Source of the DNA: Macrostomum hystrix
Lineage: Eukaryota > Animalia > Platyhelminthes
Assembly (NCBI GenBank): GCA_950097015.1
Contig: CATNEN010000039.1
Span: forward strand, 4,030,001 to 4,094,000
DNA: 64,000 nt
Reading direction: 5' to 3'
In this document: one piece after another, positions 48,186 through 60,264 of the stretch
Numbering within the stretch: position 1 is the first letter of the stretch
Layout of the letters: the number at the start of each line of letters is the position of its first letter
Made by a program: the position numbers and the translations under genes
Notes under the pieces: model-generated
Database searches by the model: none
Told to the model about the DNA's origin: nothing
What the model saw: the letters and a program-made list of their open reading frames with translations, nothing else

Positions 48186-50114
48186 ATGAAATTCCGCGCT
48201 GCCACCCAAGACGCGGGCTGCGTCCAGTACCTCTGCAAGGCCATTGTATTTGTCTCCAAGCTGGCTAACAACTGTGTAATGCGCTGCACTCCGGATTGCA
48301 TATTCTTTGTACTGTGCGGCCACTCTGTGGATGGCGGCGTTCGGGTCTGGTTTGAAATCAAGCGGGACAGCCTGTTCTCCGAGTACGTCATGGCGGGCCT
48401 GGACGACCAGCACGAAGAGGTCAGCGGCGGAGTCGATTTTAGGATAATCAAACAAATAGCTTTGGGGGTTTTTAAAGTCACAAAAATGCATCTGTAGTCA
48501 AGGGAGTTTTTTGGGATCTGCAACCAGATAAACTATGATTAATTTATAAGTGCTATCGATAATAGCGGGGGGTTGTAGCCTAGTAGTTAGAGAGTCGGAC
48601 TCAGGACTTCAAGGTCGGGGGTTCGATTACCTACTACAAAAGTTTTGTCCTTTGGCAAGACACATAACCCTGAATTGCTTCAGTTCACCAAGCTGTTAAG
48701 TGTGTCAGCATCAGCTGCGATAATTGATGGTAGTTGTGGCATATTTCAAGTCTATCATCTGAACAAGCCGTACGCAGCCTTTAGATGCGCCGCGCAATAG
48801 CTGCGGCTGTGCTGTCCGTTGCATACCGGGCCTAATTGGGGCATGTGTCACCAACAATATTATTGTTAATTAAATAGAGTCCTGAAAGCACAAAGGTGGA
48901 TCTAGTTCCACCCTATTATATTTAGCAGCCAGCAGTTGTAATCGTTCAGTCTTTGTTTCAACCGACCGCAGGTGCAGCTGGAGGTGGTGCTGGAGACCAT
49001 GGTCAGCGCCCTGACCAAATCTTTCGGCCAGGCGCGCGGGCTTCGTCTAAAGCTGACGAGGCGGGACTCCGCACCGCTGCTTCAGATGGAGCTGGAGCTG
49101 CCCACTGGCCTCACCGACGAGTCGCGTCACGTGACGCACAACGTCCCCGTTCGCGTGGTGCCGCTGCGCTATTGGGGCGAGTTTCAAACACCTCTAGAGC
49201 CGGAATTCGACATCAGTTTCTATTTCCCGCCGCTGAAGACTGTCCGCTGCGTGCTAGAACGAATGCGCAACGTTAGCAACCGGCTGGTTATCTGGGCTCA
49301 GCGATCGCCCAGGTGAGTAGGTCCTAATGAGCTAAAATCCCAATATGATCCATAATCCCATTACATCATTTAATCCTATCTGATCTATAATCCCATTGCA
49401 TAACTGAATCCCAATCTGATCTATAATCCCATTGCATCATTGAATCCCAATCTGATCTATAATCCCATTGCATCATTTAATCCTATCTGATCTATAATCC
49501 CATTGCATCATTGAATCCTATCTGATCCATAATCACATTGTATCATTGAATCCTAATCCGATCTATAATCCCTTTCTACAGTCTTTCCTTTCCCTTCTCC
49601 AAATCCCACCATGAAATTAGACATCCCATTCATTCTTTATTCCAAAAAAATTTAGATTTAAACCAGATTTAGATTTTTTTCACTCCAAAAATCAAATGCC
49701 AAGCGAGCTATAACCTGGAATCTCACCCATCTGGCTGCTCCTCTCCCCAGAGACCAGGGCAAGTGCGCCATGCGGATGTCTGTGCGCAACAGCATGGCCT
49801 CGGTGGCCACAACATTCAAGGATTTGCCACTGCCCCGTTGGCGTGACGAACCAGCCAATAAGGCTAACGACAATCCCGACAGGGGAGACGAGGATGAGGA
49901 AGCCGGCGACGCAATGGATACGGACGCTTCCCAATCGGCCCAGCCTGTTCGCGTGTCCGTTGACATCCGCAAAATTGCCTCTCTACTGAGCAGCCCGTTG
50001 GCTTGCCCAACCAGAATTGTGTGTAACCTAGTTCAGCGCCGGGTGGCGCAGTTCTTCATCTTCTACGATGAGGTTCAATTGCAATACTTTATCCCGGCAC
50101 TGGACGATGAATAA
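48186..50114 (+). CDS. HUS1: Checkpoint clamp subunit HUS1 (9-1-1 complex), ~312 aa; exons 48186-48419, 48972-49312, 49751-50114
   Basis: MKFRA N-terminus, FSEYVMAG, LKLTRR, SRHVTHNVPVRVVP, PPLKTVRCVLERMRNVS, VATTFKDL, VSVDIRK, LQYFIPA. Phase-consistent GT-AG junctions. Confidence 0.95.
48567..48870 (+). mobile_element. tRNA-derived SINE, family A (longest copy)
   Basis: GGGGGGTTGTAGCCTAGTAGTTAG..GGTTCGATT..GTCCTTTGGCAAGACACATAACCC..AGATGCGCCGCGCAATAGCTGCGG (the last part is shared with the 6616 copy). In HUS1 intron 1. Confidence 0.78.
49345..49572. repeat. Intronic ~36-bp minisatellite (ATCTGATCTATAATCCCATTGCATCATTGAATCCCA)
   Basis: About 6 copies in HUS1 intron 2. Confidence 0.85.
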
Positions 50115-50159
50115 GTTAATTCATTTATTTATTTTAATACGTAACGACCAAGGTGCTGC

Positions 50160-50836
50160 TCCTCAAAATGATTCCACCATCCTCCCAGATCCTCAGAATG
50201 ATTCCACCATCCTCCCAGATCCTCAGAATGATTCCACCATCCTCTCAGATCCTCAGAATGATTCCACCATCCTCCCAGATCCTCAGAATGATTCCACCAT
50301 CCTCCCAGATCCTCAGAATGATTCCACCATCCTCCCAGATCCTCAGAATGATTCCACCATCCTCCCAGATCCTCAGAATGATTCCACCATCCTCCCAGAT
50401 CCTCAGAATGATTCCACCATCCTCCCAGATCCTCAGAATGATTCCACCATCCTCCCAGATCCTCAGAATGATTCCACCATCCTCCCAGATCCTCAGAATG
50501 ATTCCACCATCCTCCCAGATCCTCAGAATGATTCCACCATCCTCCCAGATCCTCAGAATGATTCCACCATCCTCCCAGATCCTCAGAATGATTCCACCAT
50601 CCTCTCAGATCCTCAGAATGATTCCACCATCCTCCCAGATCCTCAGAATGATTCCACCATCCTCTCAGATCCTCAGAATGATTCCACCATCCTCCCAGAT
50701 CCTCAGAATGATTCCACCATCCTCCCAGATCCTCAGAATGATTCCACCATCCTCCCAGATCCTCAGAATGATTCCACCATCCTCCCAGATTCTCAGAATG
50801 ATTCCACCATCCTCCCAGATCCTCAGAATGATTCCA
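50160..50836. repeat. 30-bp minisatellite (CCTCAGAATGATTCCACCATCCTCCCAGAT)
   Basis: About 22 near-perfect copies between HUS1 and the FUNDC gene. Confidence 0.97.
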
Positions 50837-51187
50837 ATAATTTCCTTAATGTACTGGTCGGCATCAGTAGTTATCTCGTAATTCGGTTTGCCGATTGTTT
50901 CACAGTTTTCGCTCTTGCGGTAACTGCAGAATTTACTCAGTTACTCAATTTTTTGTTAAAATGCCTCTCAAGCATTTAGTTTCGTTCATTGTACTTTTCT
51001 GCAATATTTCTCATTAGTCACTGTGTATAAAAGTTCTTGCTTTTATTTGTTAAGTCCGCATTTTTGTTGTTATTATGTTGAAAGTTATTTAAACAATTAC
51101 AATACAAATTTTGCTCGTTAATTTTTGCTTTGCTTATAATTTTTTATACTATTTTGTACTTTTCTTTATAGCCATAAATTTACTAGG

Positions 51188-51454
51188 TAAACAGACTGGA
51201 CCTGACACAGTGACAAACAGATGAAAAGACTGGACCTGACACAGTGACAAACAGATAAAAAGACTGGACCTGACACAGTGACAAACAGATAAACAGACTG
51301 GACCTGACACAGTGACAAACAGATAAACAGACTGGACCTGACACAGTGACAAACAGATGAAAAGACTGGACCTGACACAGTGACAAACAGATGAAAAGAC
51401 TGGACCTGACACAGTGACAAACAGATAAACAGACTGGACCTGACACAGTGACAA
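51188..51454. repeat. 34-bp minisatellite (CTGGACCTGACACAGTGACAAACAGATAAACAGA)
   Basis: About 8 copies ending ~50 nt before the FUNDC ATG. Confidence 0.95.
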
Positions 51455-51503
51455 TCATTGAACTAATTGAGCTCGCCGCTGCCTTTCAGCCTCATTTCAA
51501 AGC

Positions 51504-52078
51504 ATGTCGGACAAGAATAACGCGGCTGACGCGAAGTCCTCCAAGCCGAGCTCCGGTTCAAGCGGCGGTGCCGACTTGTCTAATCGAGTGTCCGGCACTC
51601 TGGCGCGCCTGTCCGATGAGTTGTCTCGGGCTTCGCCTACGCAACAGGTCAGGTTGGAAGTACACCTGTACATTGGGGATTTAGCCATAGAATGTAGGCA
51701 GGACTAGTTCTTAACTCCTCTGCAACACTTCGGTTGCAGGCCATCGCAGGCGGCGGCAGCGGCTGCCTGGCCGGCTACGTGGTTGGTCGCCTCGGTCGCA
51801 CGGCTGCCTTGGCACTCGGCGGCGGCCTAATCTGTTTGCAACTGGCCCAACAGCGCGGCCTTATTAGCATCAATTGGAATCGGGTTGAGCGACAGGCCAG
51901 GCAAGCGGTTGACGAAGTCGCGGAGATCGCCGCCGATGAAAATCGTCCCGGAGTCCGCGGCCGTGGCGGCGGCGGCCTGCCGCAGTTCATCGATCAAGCT
52001 AAGCAGGTGTTCGCTACGCAACGCTACTTCGCTGCCACATTTGCTGGCGGCTTTCTTATTGGCTTGGCCGCCTCTTAA
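51504..52078 (+). CDS. FUNDC1: FUN14-domain mitochondrial outer-membrane protein (FUNDC1/2-like), ~160 aa; exons 51504-51647, 51740-52078
   Basis: Q|AIAGGGSGCLAGYVVGRLGRTAALALGGGLICLQLAQQRGLISINWNRVE and C-terminal FAGGFLIGLA match the FUN14 family. FUNDC1 versus FUNDC2 cannot be resolved. Confidence 0.88.
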
Positions 52079-52489
52079 CTAGTCTAACTGGACTCAGTTC
52101 AACATCTGCGCGGGGTATCTTTATCCAGCTGCTGAACGATGCCGCTGCTTCGTTTATTTATGACGAAAATCTAAAACTTTTGTATTTTCTATGGCTCTGG
52201 TCGTAGATCTTGGACCATAGTAAGCGCTTTTCTCATTGTTCTCGTCTTCTTGTGCAATTTTTTTCTTCAGAAAATGTGACTGCTGTTTTCTTAATAAAAG
52301 AACATGGTTGTACATAAAAATGGAATATGCAATCACAACTTGTTTTTCTTTTAGCGATCTCAAATGTTAGACAATTTCGATTCTCCGCTCCCCTGTGTTA
52401 TAAAAAGTTTTGGCTAACGATTCTCCTGCTAATATTATTACAATGCTCTTATTTTGAGATGTTTGTTTATCAATACCTTTACTTTTATT

Positions 52490-53325
52490 ACTTTTGTCCA
52501 CCCTGTGCTAGAATTCTGGTCCACCCTTTCCTAGAACTCTTACCCATCCTTTACTAGAATTCTTGTCCATCCTGTGCTAGAATTCTTGTCCATCCTTTCC
52601 TCGAATTCTTGTCCATCCTTTCCTAGAATTCTTGTCCATCCTTTCGTAGAATTCTTGTCCATCCTTTCCTAGAATTCTTGTCCATCCTTTCGTAGAATTC
52701 TTGTCCATCCTTTCCTAGAATTCTTGTCCATCCTTTCGTAGAATTCTTGTCCATCCTTTCCTAGAATTCTTGTCCATCCTTTCGCAGAATTCTTGTCCAT
52801 CCTTTCCTAGAATTCTTGTTCTTCCTTTCCTAGAATTCTAGTCCATCGTTTCCTAGAATTCTTGTCCATCCTTTCGTAGAATTCTTGTCCATCCTTTCCT
52901 AGAATTCTTGTCCATCCTTTCGCAGAATTCTTGTCCATCCTTTCCTAGAATTCTAGTCCATCGTTTCCTAGAATTCTTGTGCACCCATTCCTAGAATTCT
53001 TATCTATCCTGTGCTAGAATTCGTGTCCATCCTTTCCTAGAATTCTTGTTCTTCCTTTCCTAGAATTCTAGTCCATCGTTTCCTAGAATTCATGTCCACC
53101 CATTCCTAGAATTCTTATCTATCCTGTTCTAGAATTCTTGTCCACCGTGTGCTAGAATTCGTGTCCATCCTTTCCTAGAATTCTTGTTCTTCCTTTCCTA
53201 GAATTCTAGTCCATCGTTTCCTAGAATTCTTGTCCACCCATTCCTAGAATTCTTATCTATCCTGTGCTAGAAGTCTTGTCCATCCTGTGCTAGAAGTCTC
53301 GTCCATCCTGTGCTAGATTTCGTGT
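52490..53325. repeat. 23-bp minisatellite (CTAGAATTCTTGTCCATCCTTTC)
   Basis: About 36 copies between the FUNDC gene and INTS14. Confidence 0.96.
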
Positions 53326-53386
53326 CATTCGCACCTATCTCTACAAGATTTGCTAACTAAATGATCTTCTGTACCAAATTTCAGCG

Positions 53387-56300
53387 ATGCCTACCTTGCT
53401 TCTGCTTGACCGTTCACTGTCTATGGCCAGAAGGCCCAGCGCAGACAGCAAGCTCACCTATCTGGAGCTGGCGGTGAGCAGTGCTCATCAGGTGCTAGCC
53501 CATCTGTCCCGCTCAGCTCCAGCTGAATTTGTAGCCCTGGGATTAGTTGGCTCGGAGCTTGAGCTGGCGTTTCCCTTCACTCAGGTATGCTGCTACAGGT
53601 GTATTTCATTTCTCCCTCGATAGATAATAAGCGATAGGATTCAGAGGCACATGTGTTATTTGCTTAAATTCTTCACAGACAAAATGCACACAGAAGTACG
53701 AAAAATACTTACAGTCCTACTGACAGTAGCTTCAGTATAAGATAATCCCCACGCCTTCGCAGCCAATCTAAAGCTCTGTGGCCCAGTTTGTCTTACTTGA
53801 GAGGAAGCGTTGACTAAAAAACCATAGACTAAAGTGCATAACAATGTTTCTTCTGAACTAGTATAATTCCAGAAATATATATCATTGGCATCGCCCCGTG
53901 GCAACTCAATGCGACAGCCAATCACTATGGTACTCGCAGTAGCATCACTCGCTTCGGCACCAACCCGCAGGACGTCTCGGCAATGCAGCAGTACCTGCCT
54001 AGCGTTGGTCCACGTGACGCAGCCCGCCTAGCCCCGGCACTGGAGGCGGCCAGCCATCTGGCCATTCGCGAATGGGGCCCTGGCGTTGATGGCGGCGGTC
54101 CCGCCTGTCGCATCCTCCTGCTAACCGATGACGGCGGCAGAGCGGCGTCAACAGGAGCGGCTGCTGCTGCTAGGGCCTTGGCTATGGGCCGCATAGATCT
54201 AACTGTGCTGTGCCTTCGAGCTTCCATTGGTACATGCCTGACCGAGCTGCAGCAGATTAATAGCCAGCAACAACAGCAGCAGCAGGATCAACAGCAGCAG
54301 CAGCAGCAACGCTTCAACTTGGCCATATCCAGCCCAGCCGACTGTTCGCTGAAGGCGGTGTCCGAAGCTGTCCAGTCTCTGTGCCAGAGTCGCCTATCGC
54401 CCGCCCTGGTGCGGCTGCACTGCGGCCACTCGGTCCAGTCTGTGGAGCTGCACCCGGGCCCCACCGAGTGCGAAAGGTTGGCCATCGCTGGCTGCCGCAT
54501 TCCGCAGCGTTTTATACTGGACCGTGACATTCGCCTCATCGGCTTTCTGCAGGTTGTCGGCTGAACTCGGGATGCTTTTGAATGGGATATTTGGTTTGGG
54601 AAATTCAAAATCTCAAATGGCCTTGCACTTTAGTACTTAGAATAAGAACATGAAATTTGGTGTGTGGGTGGAAAATTTGGGATCGGAACGGGATTCTAGT
54701 TGGGATCTGAGATCGGGGATGGGGTTGGGATTTAGAAGGGAAGTTTTTTAGGATTAAGAGATTTGGGATCGCAATAGGAGATTTAGAATGGGATCGTGAG
54801 ATTCTAATTGGGGTCTAATATCGGGAATTAGATTGTGGGATTTAGAATGAGATAATGAAAATTTGTGTGGGATTGAAAGATCAAGTATCGTAATGGGAGT
54901 TTTGGAATGGGATCGGGAGATTCTAATCGGGATCTGAGATTGTGGGAGATTCAGAAAGGAATGGGATATTTCAATAAGGATTGTGGGGTAAAGAATGGGA
55001 ATCGAAAAAATTCTAATGCCCCCCTAGCCCTCTTCTGTGAATCACCGCAGATCTCCGAGATATACAGCCCAGCCGTGCTGTCACGCCACCTCGTGCTGCC
55101 AGCGGCCGCCTCCTCTGAATCATCTTCAACTGGTAGCGAGCACCTCACCACTCTGCTGCAGGCCGCTCTGCGCGCGGATTCCTACGTTGCCTTGGCAACG
55201 CTAGGCAGCGCCGACAACGCCGACTGGTACTGCTTTCTGCACGCGCATCCTGGCGGCCGGCGCTGCGCCCTGCTGCTCTCCGTGCTGGAGCCCGGCCCCG
55301 AGCCCGCCGTCTGGCTGGGCAAGATTCCCTACCTGGCCCCGGCTAGCGATTTTGACGAAGCCGCGCTGGCCAACGTCAATCCGTTCCCGGTCAAACCCAA
55401 GGGCAATAAGCCCAGCTATGCGGCCTCCTGCATTGTGTGGACTAAGCAGGCTTCGGTATGCCAGCCTGTGTGCAGACTGTAGCTCGCATTGCTAGGGAAT
55501 TCCACTTCCTAGGTACAAGCCTGTATTGCTAGGGAATTCCACTTCCTAGGTACAAGCCTGTATTGCTAGGGAATTCAACTTCCTAGGTACAAGCCTGTAT
55601 TGCTAGGGAATTCCACTTCCTAGGTACAAGCCTGTATTGCTAGGGAATTCAACTTCCTAGGTACAAGCCTGTATTGCTAGGGAATTCCACTTCCTAGGTA
55701 CAAGCCTGTATTGCTAGGGAATTCCACTTCCTAGGTACAAGCCTGTATTGCTAGGGAATTCAACTTCCTAGGTACAAGCCTGTATTGCTAGGGAATTCCC
55801 CTTCCTAGGTACAAGCCTGTATTGCTAGGGAATTCAACTTCCTAGGTACAAGCCTGTATTGCTAGGGAATTCCCCTTCCTAGGTACAAGCCTGTATTGCT
55901 AAGGAATTCCCCTTCCTAGGTACAAGCCTGTATTGCTAAGGTATTCCCCTTCCTAGGTACAAGCCTGTATTGCTAAGGAATTCCCCTTCCTAGGTACAAG
56001 CCTGTATTGCTAAGGTATTCCACTTTCTGTGTGCAGACTGAAAGTTCGTATTGCTAGGGAATTCCCCTTCCTTTGTACAAATATGTGTTGCTAGGGAATT
56101 TCGCCCCTGTGTACAAGCTCTGTATTGCTAGGGAATTCCCCTTTCTGGATACAAGCCCTGTATTGCTTGGGAATTCCCATTTCTCTGTAAAAGCCTGAAT
56201 AGATAGGGCATTCCCTCTGTGTACAAGCCTGTATTGCTAGGGAATCCAGGTAACAGGTCCAGGTACCCTACCCGACAATCCAGGTGGTGGCCGACGTTCA

Positions 56301-56634
56301 GAAGGTGAGCCGCTGGGCCAGAAAGTTGCCAGACAAGGCCAGCCAATTCTACCAAGAGCTGAACCGATTGCGGCGTCACGCGCTGACCATCGGCTTCGTG
56401 GAGCTGCTTACAGCCATTCGCGACCTCCTGCAGCGGGAGTGCGACTCCGCGGTGGCGGCTAACGAGCGCCAGGCGGAGCACCTGAGGCACGCTGTGGCCA
56501 TGCTGCAGCCGCCGCACTGGACTAACGAAATCGGCCCGCCGCCGCAGCCGGCGAAGCCTCGGCCGGCACTGCCAGAGTCGACTGGCAATGTCACCGATGA
56601 TGGCGTTATCGATTTGACTGTGACTAAGAAATAG
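53387..56634 (+). CDS. INTS14: Integrator complex subunit 14 (VWA9), ~511 aa; exons 53387-53584, 53971-54552, 55051-55455, 56284-56634
   Basis: MPTLLLLDRSLSMAR (vWA start), EFVAL..PFTQD, EWG..ILLLTDDG, SPAVLSRHLVLP, LLLSVLEPG..WLG, PFPVKP..KPSYA..VWTKQ, DVQKVSRWARKLPDK..FYQELNRLRRHALTIGF. Confidence 0.93.
55487..56245. repeat. Intronic 37-bp minisatellite (TATTGCTAGGGAATTCCACTTCCTAGGTACAAGCCTG)
   Basis: Fills INTS14 intron 3 and degenerates toward the right. Confidence 0.96.
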
Positions 56635-56949
56635 GTGGGATAGCGTCTCACTTTGCCATTGAGTTGTAGGATATTCTTTAAGCACTAATTACCTATATAC
56701 GCTCGTCGAGTTCTACAGTAGTAGTTGTGAATATTCTTAAACTGGGTGAAAGCATTTGTTATACACTGTTCAGTGATTTTCTTTGTGTGAATAAGTATTC
56801 GTATTTCGATTTAATACTCATACTTGATAAATTTTGCTGCATTAACGTGCCAAAAGCGTTTGAAGCTCTTCACTTGGCATAGCAGCCAGGTGTTTTGTTT
56901 TCTAGTTTTTTTAAATTGCTGTTTTTGCTAATAACACTATGCATATGGT

Positions 56950-57203
56950 AGCAGTCACCCTACCAAATCCTCAGTTTAAGCAGTCACTACCAGATCCTTA
57001 GTTTAAGCAGTCACCCTACCAGATCCTCAGTTTGAGCAGTCACCCTACCAAATACTCAGTTTGAGCAGTCACTACCAGATCCTCAGTTTGAGCAGTCACC
57101 CTACCAGATCCTCAGTTAGAGCAGTCAGCCAACCAGATCATCAGTTTGAGCAGTCCCTACCAGATCCCCAGTTTGAACAGTCACTACCAGATCCTCAGTT
57201 TGA
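56950..57203. repeat. ~27-29-bp minisatellite (AGCAGTCACCCTACCAGATCCTCAGTTTG)
   Basis: About 9 copies between INTS14 and the zinc-finger gene. Confidence 0.9.
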
Positions 57204-57278
57204 GAAGTTTGAGAAATGTTCTACTCACACTTTCCAGCCTGGACCCAACTGAACAAGCTTTGAATCTTCAGTCTCTGG

Positions 57279-57466
57279 ATGCTATCAATCGAGGGCCACA
57301 GCAACACGGAGGCAGTCACAACAGCAACAGCAGCCGCAGCCGGGGCAAGACGCTCGCACTATCAGCAGCATCAGCTGGCGCAGACAATGATAAGCGCTGT
57401 CAAGGTTTCAAATGCCGCAACTGCCGGCACAGCGGAGCTGCTGGATCGCATGCTCTGTGCCCCGCC

Positions 57467-57497
<31 letters not shown>

Positions 57498-58220
57498 CAC
57501 AGTGCTCATCAACAGCAGAATCGCTGGCTGGCGTCCGCAATCGCCGGGCACTCCGCAGCTGTCGCGCACGATCACGGCGTCAGCACGCCGGAGGCTGTGT
57601 CGAATTCCTCTAGCGGAGTTTCTCTCACCCTGCCGCCAGCTGCCGTGTGCAAGCAGCAACAGCAGCAGCAGCAGCATCATCAGCAGCAGCTGCAGCAGCA
57701 GCAGACTTCGTTAGAGCGCGAATGGTCTCGCCGAATCTCAGCCGGCCTGTGCCCGCATTGCGACGCGCCAGCTGCCACGGAGGAGCAGAAGCACTTTCAC
57801 GAGCGGGTGCACGCCATGGACGAGCTCTACCGCTGCCAGCTGTGCACCTGCAGGTTCGCTTACCCGTCTTCACTGGAGCTGCACATTGCTCTGCACGCTG
57901 ATCGGGGCCTGTTCTTACAGCCACCACCACAGCAGCAGCAGCAGCAGCAGCGCTACCTGCAGCACTACCCTGAACAGCAGGATCCGATGCTGCAGCAGTT
58001 AGCTTCTTATCAGCAGCAGCAGCAGCAGCAGCAGTACGCCGCTGCTGGAGGTAAAATGACCTTGCCTGCTTCGCATCATCAGCAGTACCCACAGCAGCAG
58101 CAGCAGCAGCAGCAGCAAAGCCTGCAGCAGCGCAGTCCCCACGTCTGTCCCCAATGCGGCCGCGGCTACATTAGGGCTGGTAATCTGAGAAATCATATGC
58201 TCCGCTTCCACCCCTACTAG
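57279..58220 (+). CDS. C2H2 zinc-finger protein with poly-Gln/poly-Pro tracts, 313 aa, single exon
   Basis: CPHC..HFHERVH, YRCQLCTCRFAYPSSLELHIALH, HVCPQCGRGYIRAGNLRNHMLRFH. Confidence 0.85.
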
Positions 58221-58949
58221 CTAGCCTGTTAGTAGTATGGCTAGCAACTATTTTGATTTAAAATTAGAATTTGAACTTTTGCCCTTTCAATGGTGTGTGT
58301 GTGCGCGTGTGCCCGTTGTGATTTTCTGTCTAACTGAAATTTTTCCTCAGCTCCGCCGGTATTATTTCCGCCATCATTTCTAACAAATTTTGTACCAGTT
58401 TGAATTTGTTTTGACCGACTTGGGACGCCCAGCCGCCCGTCTTCTGTGTCTGAAAATAAGTTTGCCTTTTAGTTGTTCTAATTAGCTGTTTCGCCATTAT
58501 TAGAGTGTGTCTTCTTGATTCTAAACCTATAATTGATTTTGTTATGACACTGAATACCTGCTTTGACACCTTACTTAAAGTACTATGTATTGTACTATTG
58601 TTCTCTCTATTTTTTGTTATCTTCACTGATCATGCTTGAATTTGCTGGCCCTTGGCTGCTGTTTTGTTCTGTCCTAACCCCCAATCTCTTCAGTTCTATC
58701 GCTTTGTTAGACTGGCTCGCAATGTCCAATGAGGCCGCTTTAACCAATGTATTCTATTGATTTCAAGTCTGTTCTCTTTCTCATTGCTCGCATTTTTTCC
58801 TATTACTCAAGCATGTCTGTCTTCTGCCTCTGTCTGTCTTCAAAACCTGATTGGTTAAAAGATAAGTATAAAATTTCTCCTGCTGCTTCTCTAGAAAAGC
58901 TTCTGGTAAGGCTTGCCACTGAAACATCCAAATGTCTTCTTTAACCAAG

Positions 58950-60264
58950 TCCATTTCTCACCTCTCTTCAAAACTCATTTCTCACCCTGCTTCAATATCC
59001 ATCTCCCACCCCGCTTCAATATCCATTTCTCACCCCGTTTCAATACCCATTTCTCACCCCGCTTCAATATCCATTTCTCACCCCGCTTCAATATCCATTT
59101 CTCACCCCGCTTCAATATCCATTTCTCATCTCTCTTCAGTATCCATTTCTCACCCCGCTTCAATATCCATTTCTCACCCCGCTTCAATATCCATTTCTCA
59201 CCCCGCTTCAATATCCATCTCCCACCCCGCTTCAATATCTATTTCTCACCTATCTTTAATATCCATTTCTCACCCCGCTTCAATATCCATTTCTCACCCC
59301 GTTTCAATACCCATTTCTCACCCCGCTTCAATATCCATTTCTCACCCCGTTTCAATACCCATTTCTCACCCCGCTTCAATATCCATTTCTCACCCCGCTT
59401 CAATATCCATTTCTCACCCCGCTTCAATATCCATTTCTCACCCCGCTTCAATATCCATTTCTCACCCCGCTTCAATATCCATTTCTCACCCCGCTTCAAT
59501 ATCCATTTCTCACCCCGTTTCAATACCCATTTCTCACCCCGCTTCAATATCCATTTCTCACCCCGCTTCAATATCCATTTCTCACCCCGTTTCAATACCC
59601 ATTTCTCACCCCGCTTCAATATCCATTTCTCACCCCGTTTCAATACCCATTTCTCACCCCGCTTCAATATCCATTTCTCACCCCGTTTCAATATCCATTT
59701 CTCACCCCGTTTCAATACCCATTTCTCACCCCGCTTCAATATCCATTTCTCACCCCGTTTCAATACCCATTTCTCACCCCGCTTCAATATCCATTTCTCA
59801 CCCCGCTTCAATATCCATTTCTCACCCCGCTTCAATATCCATTTCTCATCTCTCTTCAGTATCCATTTCTCACCCCGCTTCAATATCCATTTCTCACCCC
59901 GCTTCAATATCCATTTCTCACCCCGCTTCAATATCCATTTCTCACCCCGTTTCAATACCCATTTCTCACCCCGCTTCAATTTCCATTTCTCACCCCGTTT
60001 CAATACCCATTTCTCACCCCGCTTCAATATCCATTTCTCACCCCGCTTCAATATCCATTTCTCACCCCGTTTCAATACCCATTTCTCACCCCGCTTCAAT
60101 ATCCATTTCTCACCCCGCTTCAATATCCATTTCTCACCCCGCTTCAATATCCATTTCTCATCTCTCTTCAGTATCCATTTCTCACCCCGCTTCAATATCC
60201 ATTTCTCACCCCGCTTCAATATCCATTTCTCACCCCGCTTCAATATCCATTTCTCACCCCGCTT
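58950..60264. repeat. 24-bp minisatellite (ATCCATTTCTCACCCCGCTTCAAT)
   Basis: About 54 copies, bracketed by 67-bp direct repeats. Confidence 0.97.
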
